Below are positions 51,012-60,769 of a stretch of 64,000 bases of DNA, piece after piece; within the stretch, counting starts at the first letter, position 1, and every line of letters begins with the position of its first letter. Location of the stretch: positions 544,001 to 608,000 of the forward strand of contig CAWJGT010000034.1 in assembly GCA_963842525.1 (NCBI GenBank), read 5' to 3'. The position numbers were made by a program, and so were the translations under genes. The notes under the pieces are model-generated. The model made no database searches. It was not told the DNA's origin and worked only from the letters and a program-made list of their open reading frames with translations. This DNA comes from an uncultured Holophagales bacterium (GTDB lineage: Bacteria; Acidobacteriota; Thermoanaerobaculia; Multivoradales; UBA5704).

Positions 51012-52226
51012 CTAAGCCAGACGGACACCCAGGCCGTGGGTGCCGGCCGGTGCCCGCAGCTCGACGGCGAGGGCCACCTCGTCGCCAGGGGACACGGGAA
51101 CGGGTGTCGAGAAGGTGCGGACGTCCCACCCCCAGTGCGTCACCGGAGCGTGGGGAGAGGTCGTGAGCTGGATCTGCTCGTCGAGGTGCGCCCGGAAGAA
51201 GAGGACCACCCCTCCCAGCATCCCCATGCCCACGATGCGGAGCGGGACGGTAGCGGTCCATCCGGCGAGGTCGAGAGGGTCGCTGCGGAAGTCGAGGTCC
51301 AGGAGCCGGCTCTCTTCCGAGAGGATCTTCGGCTCGAAGCGGGCCTTGTCTCCGACCCACGTCCGCCTGGACGTAGGACGCCGGAAGGACTCCGTGAGGG
51401 CCTGCGCGAAGGGTCCGAAATCTAGGCCGTAGAGGCCCGAAAGCTCCCTGGCCCCGGCGATGATCCGGTCCTCGTCGGCAGGTGGCTCCGCGACCTCCAC
51501 CCCCAGGCAGCAGACCTCCAGGCGATAGGGAAGGAGGCGGCCCCCGGGCCGGAGCAGCCGGCGGCGCGCGTCCTCCAGGATCGGCAGAAGGTTCTCCTCG
51601 AAAGGATCGACGCCCAGGAGCTCATGGATGATCAGGTCGGCCGGCTCGTCGAGCTCGACGTAGCGGCTGTTGGCGTTGCGCAGGTCGATCGTGCCGTCGC
51701 AGCCGTTCGCCGCGAACATCTCGGCGGCGAGATCGGCGATCTCGGTCTCTTCGATCGCAATCACCCGGCGGGCGCCCGCCTTGGCGGCAAAGAGCGAGAG
51801 GATGCCCGTGCCGCAGCCGATCTCGACCACCGTCCGGTCCCGGGCGTGCCGTTCGATCGCCGCCCGGTAGCTCATCACGCGGACGCTGTCCTTCAACATG
51901 CCCAGGTGGTTGCGGGCGGAGCCGAACCCCAGGGCCGGGAGCGCCGCCTTCCTCTTCGTGCCGGCGGGCTCGACCGGCTCCAGGACCTCCTGCTGCTCCA
52001 GAGCCTGGACGAGCTCCGCGAAGCCGGCCTCCTCGAGGTCCCACTCTTCCTGGAGCCGGCCCAGGACTTCCCGCGGCGTGGCAGCGGTCGCGAAGCCAAA
52101 AAGCACCGGGAGCGCGTCGGCATCGAGCTCCTGCGGCTTGGCCGGACCCAGCAGAGCGAGCTTCCCGCTGGGCAGGATCTTCAGAGTCAGCGAGCGCGAG
52201 ACGACGTAGCGGCCATCCCAGTCCAT
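51012..52226 (-). CDS. PRMT-like SAM methyltransferase with N-terminal RRE/PqqD-like domain
   Basis: MLKDSVRVMSYRAAI; VEIGCGTGILSLFAAKAGA; double-E loop IIHELLGVDPFEE; THW loop SPHAPVTHW. Confidence 0.88.
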   Translation of the reverse strand: MDWDGRYVVSRSLTLKILPSGKLALLGPAKPQELDADALPVLFGFATAATPREVLGRLQEEWDLEEAGFAELVQALEQQEVLEPVEPAGTKRKAALPALGFGSARNHLGMLKDSVRVMSYRAAIERHARDRTVVEIGCGTGILSLFAAKAGARRVIAIEETEIADLAAEMFAANGCDGTIDLRNANSRYVELDEPADLIIHELLGVDPFEENLLPILEDARRRLLRPGGRLLPYRLEVCCLGVEVAEPPADEDRIIAGARELSGLYGLDFGPFAQALTESFRRPTSRRTWVGDKARFEPKILSEESRLLDLDFRSDPLDLAGWTATVPLRIVGMGMLGGVVLFFRAHLDEQIQLTTSPHAPVTHWGWDVRTFSTPVPVSPGDEVALAVELRAPAGTHGLGVRLA

Positions 52227-52250
52227 GGTCTCGCGCTCGCCGGTGTCAGC

Positions 52251-52433
52251 CTAGTCGTCGCAGACGCAGCTCGTGCACGACGCGACCTCGGTCGGGCCGC
52301 ATAGCATCGGGCAGGTGTTCGAGCCACAGCCGCGTACGACAGTCGCCCCGCCCACCGCCGCCTTCAGCTCCCGCTGGACGAGGTTCCTCACGGTCTCACG
52401 ATGGAGGGTGAGCTTGCGCTTCTTCGTCTTCAT
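52251..52433 (-). CDS. RiPP-type precursor peptide (KLxLxxETVxxL leader, GG site, Cys/Ser/Thr-rich core)
   Basis: MKTKKRKLTLHRETVRNLVQRELKAAVGG|ATVVRGCGSNTCPMLCGPTEVASCTSCVCDD; strong GAGGAGG RBS. Confidence 0.88.
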   Translation of the reverse strand: MKTKKRKLTLHRETVRNLVQRELKAAVGGATVVRGCGSNTCPMLCGPTEVASCTSCVCDD

Positions 52434-52471
52434 CGTCCTCTCCTCTCTCGACGTTTCCCGCGGCTCCCATT

Positions 52472-53881
52472 CTACCGGGGAACGAACGTGGCGCGCAGGT
52501 TCGAGTACCGCGAGCCATTGGGTGGGAAGTATGCCCCATCGCCGACCCCGGCCTGGCCGAAGTCGAGGAGCACGCGCCGCTGCCCATCGGTCGAGAGGTC
52601 GAGATTGTTGATGCCGCCGGCCAGGGTGTGCACCACCTTGCCCGCGCGCAGGACGGTGAGCGTCACCCGGCGCTGGATCAGATCATAATCCATACGGATA
52701 TGGTAGTTGCTCCTCGGCCGCCACGGTCCGGTCTGGCTGCGCAGGATCTCCCCCTCGCCCGTGCGCGGGTCCTTGCCGATGTCGACGATCGACTTGAACC
52801 CCTTGCTGCCGCGCACGATGAGCCCGTAGTAGAGCACACGGCTCTGGCGGTCGCCCGTGCGCCGCAGGCTGGTGATGCCGTGGAACAGCGGGGTCTGCCA
52901 GGTGTGGAAGTAGAGGTCGAACTCCACCGTGGCCCGCTTGTAGGCGACGTGGCGCTGGAGCGGCACGTCGAACGCCTTGAAGGAGGCGCCCTTCCTCGCC
53001 GCGAGGAACTGGCCGTCGACCCGGAACTGGACCGTACCGTCGGCCAGCACGACCTCGTCGGTCACCGACTCGACCTCGAGCGGCGAGAGAGCCGCATCGT
53101 CCACCACGGGATACTCCACGGTGCTCGCACCGGCGACCACGTCGCTGCCGAGGGGCTGCGAAGGCATCATGACGTTCAGCTCGCCGCTGCCGGGCTTGTA
53201 GACGCGCGAATAGGCATAGAAGGCCTCGTCGCAGGAGACCGCATACCGGGCGTCGTCGATGTTGGTCGCGCCGAGGAGCGCGAGGGAGCTCTCGAAGACG
53301 CGCACCGACAGCGGCGGCAGCGTGACGCGCGAGTCGGCCGCGATCCGGCTGCCGTCCACCCGGAAGGCGCCGACCTCGCACTGCGTGGTCTGGCGCGAGG
53401 CGTTGACCACATACAGGTCGGTGATCAGGCCGCCCGGCTTGTGGCTCAGCCCGTGGAGATGCAGCGTGTCGTCACCCGCGGCGACCTGAACGCCGCCGAC
53501 CACCGGGCCGGCAGTCGCGGCGCGCAGACCGCCGCCCGGCCCCACCGCCTCCAGGCGCGGCGTCACCAGCAGCTGCGGCGCGCCGCTCACGAGCAGCATC
53601 CCGTTCTGGCCGGCAGGAGCCAGGTTGGTGACCAGCACGGTCGCTCCGGGAGCGACGGTCATCGACTTGCTTCCAGCCCTGGTGCCGTCGGCGCCCGGGG
53701 CGATGAAGGAGTAGGTCCAACGCCGGGCCACGCTGCCCGTGTTGGTGACCCACACGCGTGTGGAGTACTTGGTTCCGTCGGCCGCGACGCCGCCGGTGAT
53801 CGGGATGATGAGCTCGCCGGCGGCGAGCGGTGCGGCGAGCGCCGCGGTCAGCAGGAGGGCGGGGATAACGCGATGCTTCAT
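52472..53881 (-). CDS. Secreted beta-rich hypothetical protein, paralogue A
   Basis: Signal peptide MKHRVIPALL...LAA; collinear similarity to 53911-55263. Confidence 0.8.
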   Translation of the reverse strand: MKHRVIPALLLTAALAAPLAAGELIIPITGGVAADGTKYSTRVWVTNTGSVARRWTYSFIAPGADGTRAGSKSMTVAPGATVLVTNLAPAGQNGMLLVSGAPQLLVTPRLEAVGPGGGLRAATAGPVVGGVQVAAGDDTLHLHGLSHKPGGLITDLYVVNASRQTTQCEVGAFRVDGSRIAADSRVTLPPLSVRVFESSLALLGATNIDDARYAVSCDEAFYAYSRVYKPGSGELNVMMPSQPLGSDVVAGASTVEYPVVDDAALSPLEVESVTDEVVLADGTVQFRVDGQFLAARKGASFKAFDVPLQRHVAYKRATVEFDLYFHTWQTPLFHGITSLRRTGDRQSRVLYYGLIVRGSKGFKSIVDIGKDPRTGEGEILRSQTGPWRPRSNYHIRMDYDLIQRRVTLTVLRAGKVVHTLAGGINNLDLSTDGQRRVLLDFGQAGVGDGAYFPPNGSRYSNLRATFVPR

Positions 53882-53910
53882 TCTTCGAGACCTCCGAAGT
53901 CGGCCATGAA

Positions 53911-55263
53911 TCAATTGCGGCCTGGACGGCGCGGGGTGAGCTTGACGGTGAGATTGGAGTACTTCCACCCCAGCGGCGGGAAATAGGCGCCGTCGCCGAC
54001 GCCGACCGAGCTGAAGTCGACTCGCACGTTCTTGCCCGGTACATTGGAGATGTCGAGGCTGTTCAGCGGGCCGCTCAGCCGTTGCACGAGCTTCCCCGCC
54101 TGGTAGGCCTCGAAGACGACGACACCGGCGTCGGTGTCGTAGTCGAAGACGATGTGATAGGTGGTGCGCTCCTTCCAGGGCCCCTTGCCGCTCTTGATGG
54201 TCGTCCCTTCGTGCGCCCCCGGCGGCAGACCCATGTCGAGAATGGTGCGGTAGTCGCCCGAGCCCTTGAGGATCAGGCCCCAATAGAGCATGCGCTCGGA
54301 ACGGCTGGAGGCGGAGCGCCGGAAGCTCGCCACATTGTGGAACATCGGATTGAGCGGGAACGCCGGACGCCACTTGTCGATATACAGGTCGAGCTCGACG
54401 CGGGCGTGGCCATACTGCACCCCCGGCTGGAGCGGCAGGTCATAGGCCGCAAACGTCGAGCTGTTGGCGAACTGCCCGGGGAGGTTGAAGGTCACGCCGC
54501 CGTCTTCTTCGGGCTTGAGGTCCTCCTCCAGGCTCGCCGCCGGGCCGAGGATCACGGTCTCGGGCCCGCCCGAGCGATAGACCAGCGCGAAGGTGCCGAA
54601 CACCTGATCGCAGGTGACGCTGAACCGGACGTCCTTGATCGAGGTCTGCCCCAGGCTGGCCAGCGCGCTGGAGAACTCGTTCTGCGACAACGGAAGCAGC
54701 GACAGGCTCACCGCGCTGCCGATCCGGCTGCCGTTGGCACGGAAGGCTTCGACCTGGCACTTCGCGGGGTTGCGGGACAGGTTCATGAGCCCGAAATCGG
54801 TGACCGCCCCATTCGTATGCTCCAGGCTCTGGAGCTGCACGCGCTCGCCCGGGCCGATCGCATTGACCGCCGAGAGGACCGGGACCTGCGCGCTGGCCAG
54901 GACGTTGCCGGCCGCCGCCAGGGCCTCGATCCGGGCGCTCACAACGATCGCCGCATCGCCGCTCACCTCGAGCATGCCTCGCGCCCCGGCCGGCACCGCG
55001 TTGTACAGGCGCAGCGTCGCTCCGGCGGGAAGGAAGAACGAAGCGGGCTGGTGGTTTCCCGCCGCGCCGTTGGTGCCGTTGGCAAGAAAGGAGACGCTGA
55101 CCTCGCGAGGCGTGCCGGCGGTGTTGGTCAGGATCAGGAGCGTACGGTAGGTGGAGGCACCGAGCGTCAGGTTGGTGGCCAGCGGCACATAGACGTCACC
55201 CGCCAGGAGCGGGGTGAACGGCATGAGCAGCGCACACAGGCCGAGGATCCAGGTTCGACTCAT
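53911..55263 (-). CDS. Secreted beta-rich hypothetical protein, paralogue B
   Basis: Signal peptide; shares GVGDGAYFPPxGxxYSNL C-terminus with paralogue A. Confidence 0.8.
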   Translation of the reverse strand: MSRTWILGLCALLMPFTPLLAGDVYVPLATNLTLGASTYRTLLILTNTAGTPREVSVSFLANGTNGAAGNHQPASFFLPAGATLRLYNAVPAGARGMLEVSGDAAIVVSARIEALAAAGNVLASAQVPVLSAVNAIGPGERVQLQSLEHTNGAVTDFGLMNLSRNPAKCQVEAFRANGSRIGSAVSLSLLPLSQNEFSSALASLGQTSIKDVRFSVTCDQVFGTFALVYRSGGPETVILGPAASLEEDLKPEEDGGVTFNLPGQFANSSTFAAYDLPLQPGVQYGHARVELDLYIDKWRPAFPLNPMFHNVASFRRSASSRSERMLYWGLILKGSGDYRTILDMGLPPGAHEGTTIKSGKGPWKERTTYHIVFDYDTDAGVVVFEAYQAGKLVQRLSGPLNSLDISNVPGKNVRVDFSSVGVGDGAYFPPLGWKYSNLTVKLTPRRPGRN

Positions 55264-55387
55264 TTCCTGTTCTCCAGCAGGATCACGGCACCGAAAGAGG
55301 CACAACGTTGATGCTGTAATGTCACTATAACATTTCGCGCACGCCTCTGACAAGCCTTTCGCCCGCCAGAGTTATACTTTGAGGATC

Positions 55388-56512
55388 ATGCGAAACCTCG
55401 GTTCCCGCGCGGGACACGTCCTGCTGCTCTTCGGCTTCCAGCTCGCGACGGCGCTGGCCGCGCCGCCCGTCATCGCAGAACCTCCGGCGCACGAGACCGG
55501 CACGCCCCGGCCGACGGCGGCAGAAGCCTTTGCGGAGGGACAGAAGCTGCTCGCCCGGAGAGAGCCGGAGGACATCCGGGCGGCGCTGCGGCACTTCGAG
55601 CAGGCGACCGCCGTCGACGCGGCATTCGCGCCGGCCTTCGCAGGTCTGGCGGAAGCCCATGCCCTGCTTTACGACTATCCCCGGGCCCGGGAGGCGGCCC
55701 TCCAGGCGCTGACCCTCGACGATCGCCTGGCGAACGCGCATGCCGTCCTGGGATTCGTCCGGCTGCACGGGGATTGGGACTGGACCGGGGCCGAAGCGGA
55801 GCTCAAGCGCGCCCTGGAGCTCGATCCCAAGAACCCCACCACGCACCTCTGGTCCGCGATTCTCCTCGAAGCCACCGGCCGCTCCGACGAGGCGGTCGCG
55901 GCGGCGCGCCGGGCCGTCGAGCTCGCCCCTGGCCAAGCCCAGGTCCGTGCCGGCCTCGGCTTCCGCCTCTATTGGGCGCGCCGCTATGACGAGGCTGTCA
56001 CGGAGCTGACCGCCGCGGTGGAGCTGGACCCCAAACTGGAGACCGCCTGGTACTTCATCGGCCGCGCCCGCGTGCAGCAGGGCCGCTTCGACGACGCCCG
56101 GTCCGCCTTTGCGGATGCCAAAGCGCTCTCTCCCAAGGATGCCAACCTCACCTCGGCCATCGGCTATCTCGAAGCCCTCGCCGGGCGCCGGCAGGAGGCC
56201 GAGAACGTCCTCCTGGAGCTGGAGCGCCTCGCCCTCCGCGGCCTCCCCTTCTCCTCACAGGTCGCCGGCATCCGCGCGGCTCTCGGGGACAAGCAGGCGG
56301 CCCTGGGCTGGCTGGAACGCGCCCATGCGAACCACGAGGGCGCCCTGGTCTGGCTGAAGATCGATCCCCGCTTCGATTCCCTGCGCGGCGAGGTCCGCTT
56401 CGCCGAGCTACTGCAGAGGATCGGGCTCGCCGGCACTGTCGCCGGGGTGCTCAGCCCGCCCGTCTTCTTCGGGCTCGCTAGGCTTGGGACTCATAGAATC
56501 GTCGCTCTTTAG
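55388..56512 (+). CDS. TPR-repeat protein
   Basis: AFAGLAEA, DWDWTGAEAELKRALELDP, LKIDPRFDSLR. Confidence 0.85.
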   Translation: MRNLGSRAGHVLLLFGFQLATALAAPPVIAEPPAHETGTPRPTAAEAFAEGQKLLARREPEDIRAALRHFEQATAVDAAFAPAFAGLAEAHALLYDYPRAREAALQALTLDDRLANAHAVLGFVRLHGDWDWTGAEAELKRALELDPKNPTTHLWSAILLEATGRSDEAVAAARRAVELAPGQAQVRAGLGFRLYWARRYDEAVTELTAAVELDPKLETAWYFIGRARVQQGRFDDARSAFADAKALSPKDANLTSAIGYLEALAGRRQEAENVLLELERLALRGLPFSSQVAGIRAALGDKQAALGWLERAHANHEGALVWLKIDPRFDSLRGEVRFAELLQRIGLAGTVAGVLSPPVFFGLARLGTHRIVAL

Positions 56513-56760
56513 GCTTCGCCTCTCGGGCGAAAGAGACGCCGTGCTTCTCCCGGTTGATCCGGTCCTTGGGAGTATAGCTCGGGGAGGAAGAGTCCGACGG
56601 GCTGTAACGTCTCGTCCCGGGATCGAGGCGATCTCGACCCCCGGCAGGAGCGTACCGCCACGAGACTTGCGGAGCGGCGGCAACGGCTCCCGGCGCCCCG
56701 CTCCTCAGGAGCGGCCGCGCAAAGGAGGCCTGCGAGCCTACAGCGGAGCACGCCGCCGGC

Positions 56761-57222
56761 TCATCTCAACGCTTCAGCGAGGATCTTCCCGGCCTCCGCG
56801 CCTCCCGTCTTGCTCACGTAAGCGGTTAGAACCGGCACGGCCTTCGTTGCCGTCTCCGGCTTCAGGCCGAGCTTGTTGAAGGCGCCCGCGACGCCGGAGA
56901 GGCCCCCGAGGCTGGCGGCTTCCGGCACTGCTCTGGCCATGGTGCTCCCCGCACCGGAGGCGACAACGGGCGCCGCCCTCAGCAGGCCGTCCATGCCGGG
57001 CACGGCGCCGGCGACTTTCGACCAATCCTCCGGCTTCAACCGGGCCTTCGCGAGGCCGAACAGTGCGCCCGCGGCGCCTTCCGCCTGCTCGGACGTGGCG
57101 CCGATCTCCTTCGCCAGCGCGCCGACGAGCTCCGGGTTGGCGGGCGGCGTCGCGGCTTGAAGCGTGACGGCCGTCAACGCCACCGCGAGCACAAGCAGGG
57201 ACGAGAGTTGCTTCGCGTTCAT
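56761..57222 (-). CDS. DUF2780-family secreted protein
   Basis: QAEGAAGALFGLAK...VPGMDGLL...AFNKLGL. Confidence 0.8.
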   Translation of the reverse strand: MNAKQLSSLLVLAVALTAVTLQAATPPANPELVGALAKEIGATSEQAEGAAGALFGLAKARLKPEDWSKVAGAVPGMDGLLRAAPVVASGAGSTMARAVPEAASLGGLSGVAGAFNKLGLKPETATKAVPVLTAYVSKTGGAEAGKILAEALR

Positions 57223-57268
57223 GGCAATCCTCCGTTGCGTAGAGCTGGCGTGTCCGCCAGGAAGAGCC

Positions 57269-57505
57269 TCATTCTAGACGATTGAGGTTCACGCTGCGTA
57301 TGGGGGCCCAGAACAAGCCCAGGCGCAGGGACCGGCCGCGACTCGGGAAGCCGATGAGGGTTTCATAGCGGCGGTCCGCGAGGTTGTCCAGCCGGGCGCG
57401 GAGCTGCCAACTGGAGGTCATCCGCCAGGAGGCGTGGAGGCCGATCAGGCCGTAGCCGGCTATTGTCTCCCGCCCCGGGACCGGGATCTGCTCGTCGAAG
57501 CTCTG
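57269..57505 (-). pseudogene. C-terminal fragment of a TonB-dependent receptor
   Basis: Hand translation ...GYGLIGLHASWRMTSSWQLRARLDNLADRRYETLIGFPSRGRSLRLGL...*. Confidence 0.75.
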
Positions 57506-58105
57506 CTAAGTTTCCTCACTCGGTTCCGCGAGCTCAGCCTCCCACAGGCCTTCGTAGCGAAGTACCCGCCCGAAGGCATCTGTATCCAGGCGCGCGATGA
57601 ACGGCTCGCCGTCGACCAGGGCTCGATAGCGGAAGCTGTTCTCGGCCTCCCGCGTGTAGGTCTGTTCCAACGGCTCGAGCCGAAGCTCTGGAAAGCGAAG
57701 CCACGCACTCCGCACGGGCGCACTCTCACCGACGGCGAGGACGAGACGTCGGATTGGCAGCGTGTTTGTCGCGGGCGTGAACCCCAGATCAACGTCCAAT
57801 GCGCCAGCGAGCTCGGGCACCGGCGCGCCGTCACGCCTCCAGTGCCCCGCCCCGTCCGCCGAAAGGGCGAACCGGATCGGATCGCCGCCCACCACGCCCT
57901 CGATCATCGCCGAGCGCGTCCGCCACTCCGGGTCACAGTCGATCGTGTAGTGGAGCCGCGCAGCAACGCCAGCCTCCTCGACATCGAGCTCGCCGGTCAG
58001 ACGCCAACCGGCGGCTGTTTGCTCGACGTGCGCCTGCTCCTGCCCCGGCACATCCAAGCGACGCCAGCGCATACGCGACTCTGGGGGGAAGGGGCGCAGG
58101 GTCAT
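57506..58105 (-). CDS. Putative glycolipid-binding domain protein
   Basis: WRRLD, DVDLGFTPATNTLPIRRL, LEQTY, YEGLW. Confidence 0.85.
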   Translation of the reverse strand: MTLRPFPPESRMRWRRLDVPGQEQAHVEQTAAGWRLTGELDVEEAGVAARLHYTIDCDPEWRTRSAMIEGVVGGDPIRFALSADGAGHWRRDGAPVPELAGALDVDLGFTPATNTLPIRRLVLAVGESAPVRSAWLRFPELRLEPLEQTYTREAENSFRYRALVDGEPFIARLDTDAFGRVLRYEGLWEAELAEPSEET

Positions 58106-58182
58106 CGATGCCGCCGTTCGCTGCAGCGCATTTCGTTAGGCGGTCAACCCATAGCCATCAAAGTCCTTGATCTCAAAGCCCC

Positions 58183-58656
58183 TCAGACCTTCTTGAGCTT
58201 GTAGTGAAAGACCCTGTTGTCTGCAAAACCTGGAAATTCGCCAAAGGTTTTCGGCGGCTCTACGGCGCTGGCTTGGATCCCGACCAAGGTAAGTGTCCCA
58301 TCCTCAATCTTGAAGATGGCGAAGACCACTTTACCGATGTCATCGCACGGTTGCGGACAATCTTTGATCGTGGCGTGTAGCTGCTGTGGGTATGTGCCTG
58401 CAGGCAGTGTAAACGTCGTCTCAAACCAAAAGTTCGTGTCCCGGTGAAAGTGGAGTGAATTGCCGGTGATCGTCATGGTGATTTTGCCGTCCGACTCATT
58501 GCCAACCATGACTCCCTCCCATGTTCCTTGGAGAGGTTGTAGTTCTGCAGCGGTTGGTTGGTTGGTCGGGCCAGCGGCTTGCGTGCACATAAGCCCACAA
58601 GGCATGAGGATGGAAAGCGTCGTGACGGCGAGTGCCATTTTGATGGTCATTCTCAT
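58183..58656 (-). CDS. TIGR03067-like secreted protein
   Basis: LQGTWEG...AIFKIEDGTLTL; low GC; DNA-level paralogue at 63005-63342. Confidence 0.7.
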   Translation of the reverse strand: MRMTIKMALAVTTLSILMPCGLMCTQAAGPTNQPTAAELQPLQGTWEGVMVGNESDGKITMTITGNSLHFHRDTNFWFETTFTLPAGTYPQQLHATIKDCPQPCDDIGKVVFAIFKIEDGTLTLVGIQASAVEPPKTFGEFPGFADNRVFHYKLKKV

Positions 58657-58706
58657 CGGACTCTCTGGTTTCGGTTGCTGTCGGATAAAGGATTCGTGCA
58701 GAAAGC

Positions 58707-58766
58707 GCCTAACGATCTGGGCATAAGCGGTGGCGTCAGCCATCCGCTTGATGCCCGGGGTTCTGC
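58707..58766 (-). other. Integron attC-like recombination site
   Basis: Minus strand GCAGAAC-cccg-GGCATCAAgcgg...ccgcTTATGCC-cagatc-GTTAGGC: R''/L''/L'/R' with an extra C, 60 bp. Confidence 0.7.
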
Positions 58767-58903
58767 GCCAAGTCATGCAAGCTGCAAGTCCTCGACGCTG
58801 GCATCGGTTGGTTTGGTCTTGTTCTCAGCCATCGCTGCTCCTCTGACAGTGCGGCTTGCGGCGCCGCTTGTTAGGTTGCCGCTCGCCACACCACAGGGTT
58901 AAC

Positions 58904-59785
58904 TTAGTGCAGGCGTCCGCTGCGGAGCTCCGCCTCGGCAGCGTCGATGTAGGCATGGTACCCCTCAGGGTCGATAAATGGTTCCACTGGATCCTTTGCG
59001 GTAGCGCTGGCGACGAATTTGCGATATCTGCCCCACCATCTCGCATGGCACGTCACCCAGATGTCAACGGGGAGGCCTCGGAGCACTCTGAAGCTGCGCT
59101 CGAGGTCGGCCTCTTGCTCTGGATACTGCGATGTGGCCAACCGCCCCAAGTCGCACGCGCTCACGACGTTCAGCACGCGATCACCGTCACGAACGTGGAA
59201 CGACCATGAGGTGCATCCACGCGTGTGGCCGCCGGTGATGTGCGCGGTGAGTGCGAGCGGCCCGAGGCGGACTGTGTCGCCGTCCTTGAACCGGTGGTCG
59301 ACCCGCATGGCCGGGTACCCGACGACCCCGATCCGGGCAAGGGCTCTGAGCGGCAGGATCCCGTCGGGGTCGTCGCCACCGGAGGCGAGGGTATAAGCAC
59401 TCGCTTCGCTCGCCCACAGTTCGGCACCAGACGCCTGCTGGAGCACTCCCAGCCCGCCGGCATGGTCGGGATGAGGCTCTGAGTTCAGGAGCACTCTGAC
59501 ATCCTTGATGCTGAAGCCGAGCTTCGCAATGCTCGCGATGATCATCGGTGCGGTGCTGGGATAGCCGCCATCGAGCACGATGTGGCCCTCGGGCCCGGTG
59601 ATGAGGAAGGCCGCGGCATCCGTCGCGCCAACGTAGTACAGGTTGCCGGCGATGCGGAACGGTTCGGCGGGCCCCTGCCCGCCTCGCTTTGTCGCATTCA
59701 GCCACCTGCCGACGAGTACCAGCGCAAAAATACTCGCCAGTCCGAGGAGGACTACCAACCGGTATCGCTTGGTGAATTGGGGCAA
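58904..59785 (-). CDS. Subclass B3 metallo-beta-lactamase-like protein, Glu in place of the first His ligand
   Basis: PFRIAGNLYYVG, LLNSEPHPDHAGG, TGGHTRGCTSW, VTCH. Confidence 0.85.
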   Translation of the reverse strand: MPQFTKRYRLVVLLGLASIFALVLVGRWLNATKRGGQGPAEPFRIAGNLYYVGATDAAAFLITGPEGHIVLDGGYPSTAPMIIASIAKLGFSIKDVRVLLNSEPHPDHAGGLGVLQQASGAELWASEASAYTLASGGDDPDGILPLRALARIGVVGYPAMRVDHRFKDGDTVRLGPLALTAHITGGHTRGCTSWSFHVRDGDRVLNVVSACDLGRLATSQYPEQEADLERSFRVLRGLPVDIWVTCHARWWGRYRKFVASATAKDPVEPFIDPEGYHAYIDAAEAELRSGRLH

Positions 59786-59834
59786 CCGTCACTCTCTATA
59801 GTCGTCCTGCTTTTTCATGGCGCACGAAGTCCCC

Positions 59835-59935
59835 GCCGAGTAGGCCAGGGCCCTTACGGACCCCCCGCCCCTCTAAGAACCGTGCATGCGAGTTTCCCCG
59901 CACACGGCTCAAGCACCTCAAAGGCCGATCTGTGA
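59835..59935 (-). mobile_element. Group II intron 3' end (domains V-VI), orphan
   Basis: DV GAGCCGTGTGCGGGGAAACTCGCATGCACGGTTC (59910-59877) followed by a DVI hairpin. Confidence 0.88.
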
Positions 59936-60141
59936 CCGACCCGGTTGTCCCTACAACTGAACATCCTTCGCGATACTAACATGGTAGGCACCAGCTCTGG
60001 CCATCGCTTGGGCCTAACCGGATCGCGAGGCGAGCACGCGACGAACCCAAGCCGAGCGCAGGACGAGGAGCAGAAAGACGGCGGACCATCCGAACGCGAC
60101 GCCAAAATGCATCAGAAGGCCGACCAGGCCGTCGCGGGCGC

Positions 60142-60412
<271 letters not shown>

Positions 60413-60419
60413 CGGCGGT

Positions 60420-60769
60420 CTCCTTCGGCTGGGCTGGCTGGGCTGGCTGAGGATACCAGGCTGCGCAGGTGGCGTTGGAACTGAAAACGGCTCTCCAGGA
60501 AGTGCAGATCGATGAAGTAGCTCGCTGGCCCTTGCGGCTCGACCTTGGCGACCAGGCAGGAAAGCTCCCGGGCCACAAGAGCTTCCCTCAGGGCGCTCTG
60601 GAGCTCCTCTTCTGTACGGAGGGTGCCGGTGCGTGGAATGCCAGAGATAGAAGAAGCCGGGCTGGTGTCCGAGGGAGAACAGCTCGGCCGGCGTGGCCCC
60701 CATATTAGTGACCACGATGCACCGCGTCAGCTCGGGATAGATGGCGCGCAGTGCGTCGACGCGGAGCAT
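60420..60769 (-). pseudogene. Internally deleted TPP-dependent (sulfopyruvate-type) decarboxylase beta subunit
   Basis: MLRVDALRAIY...VTNMGA...FFYLWHS, then C-terminal LVAKVEP...LESRFQFQRHL. Confidence 0.65.

Noticed and set aside
52251-52433. Complete lanthipeptide gene cluster
   Set aside because: The leader is lanthipeptide-like, but no LanB/LanC/LanM, protease or transporter is adjacent.
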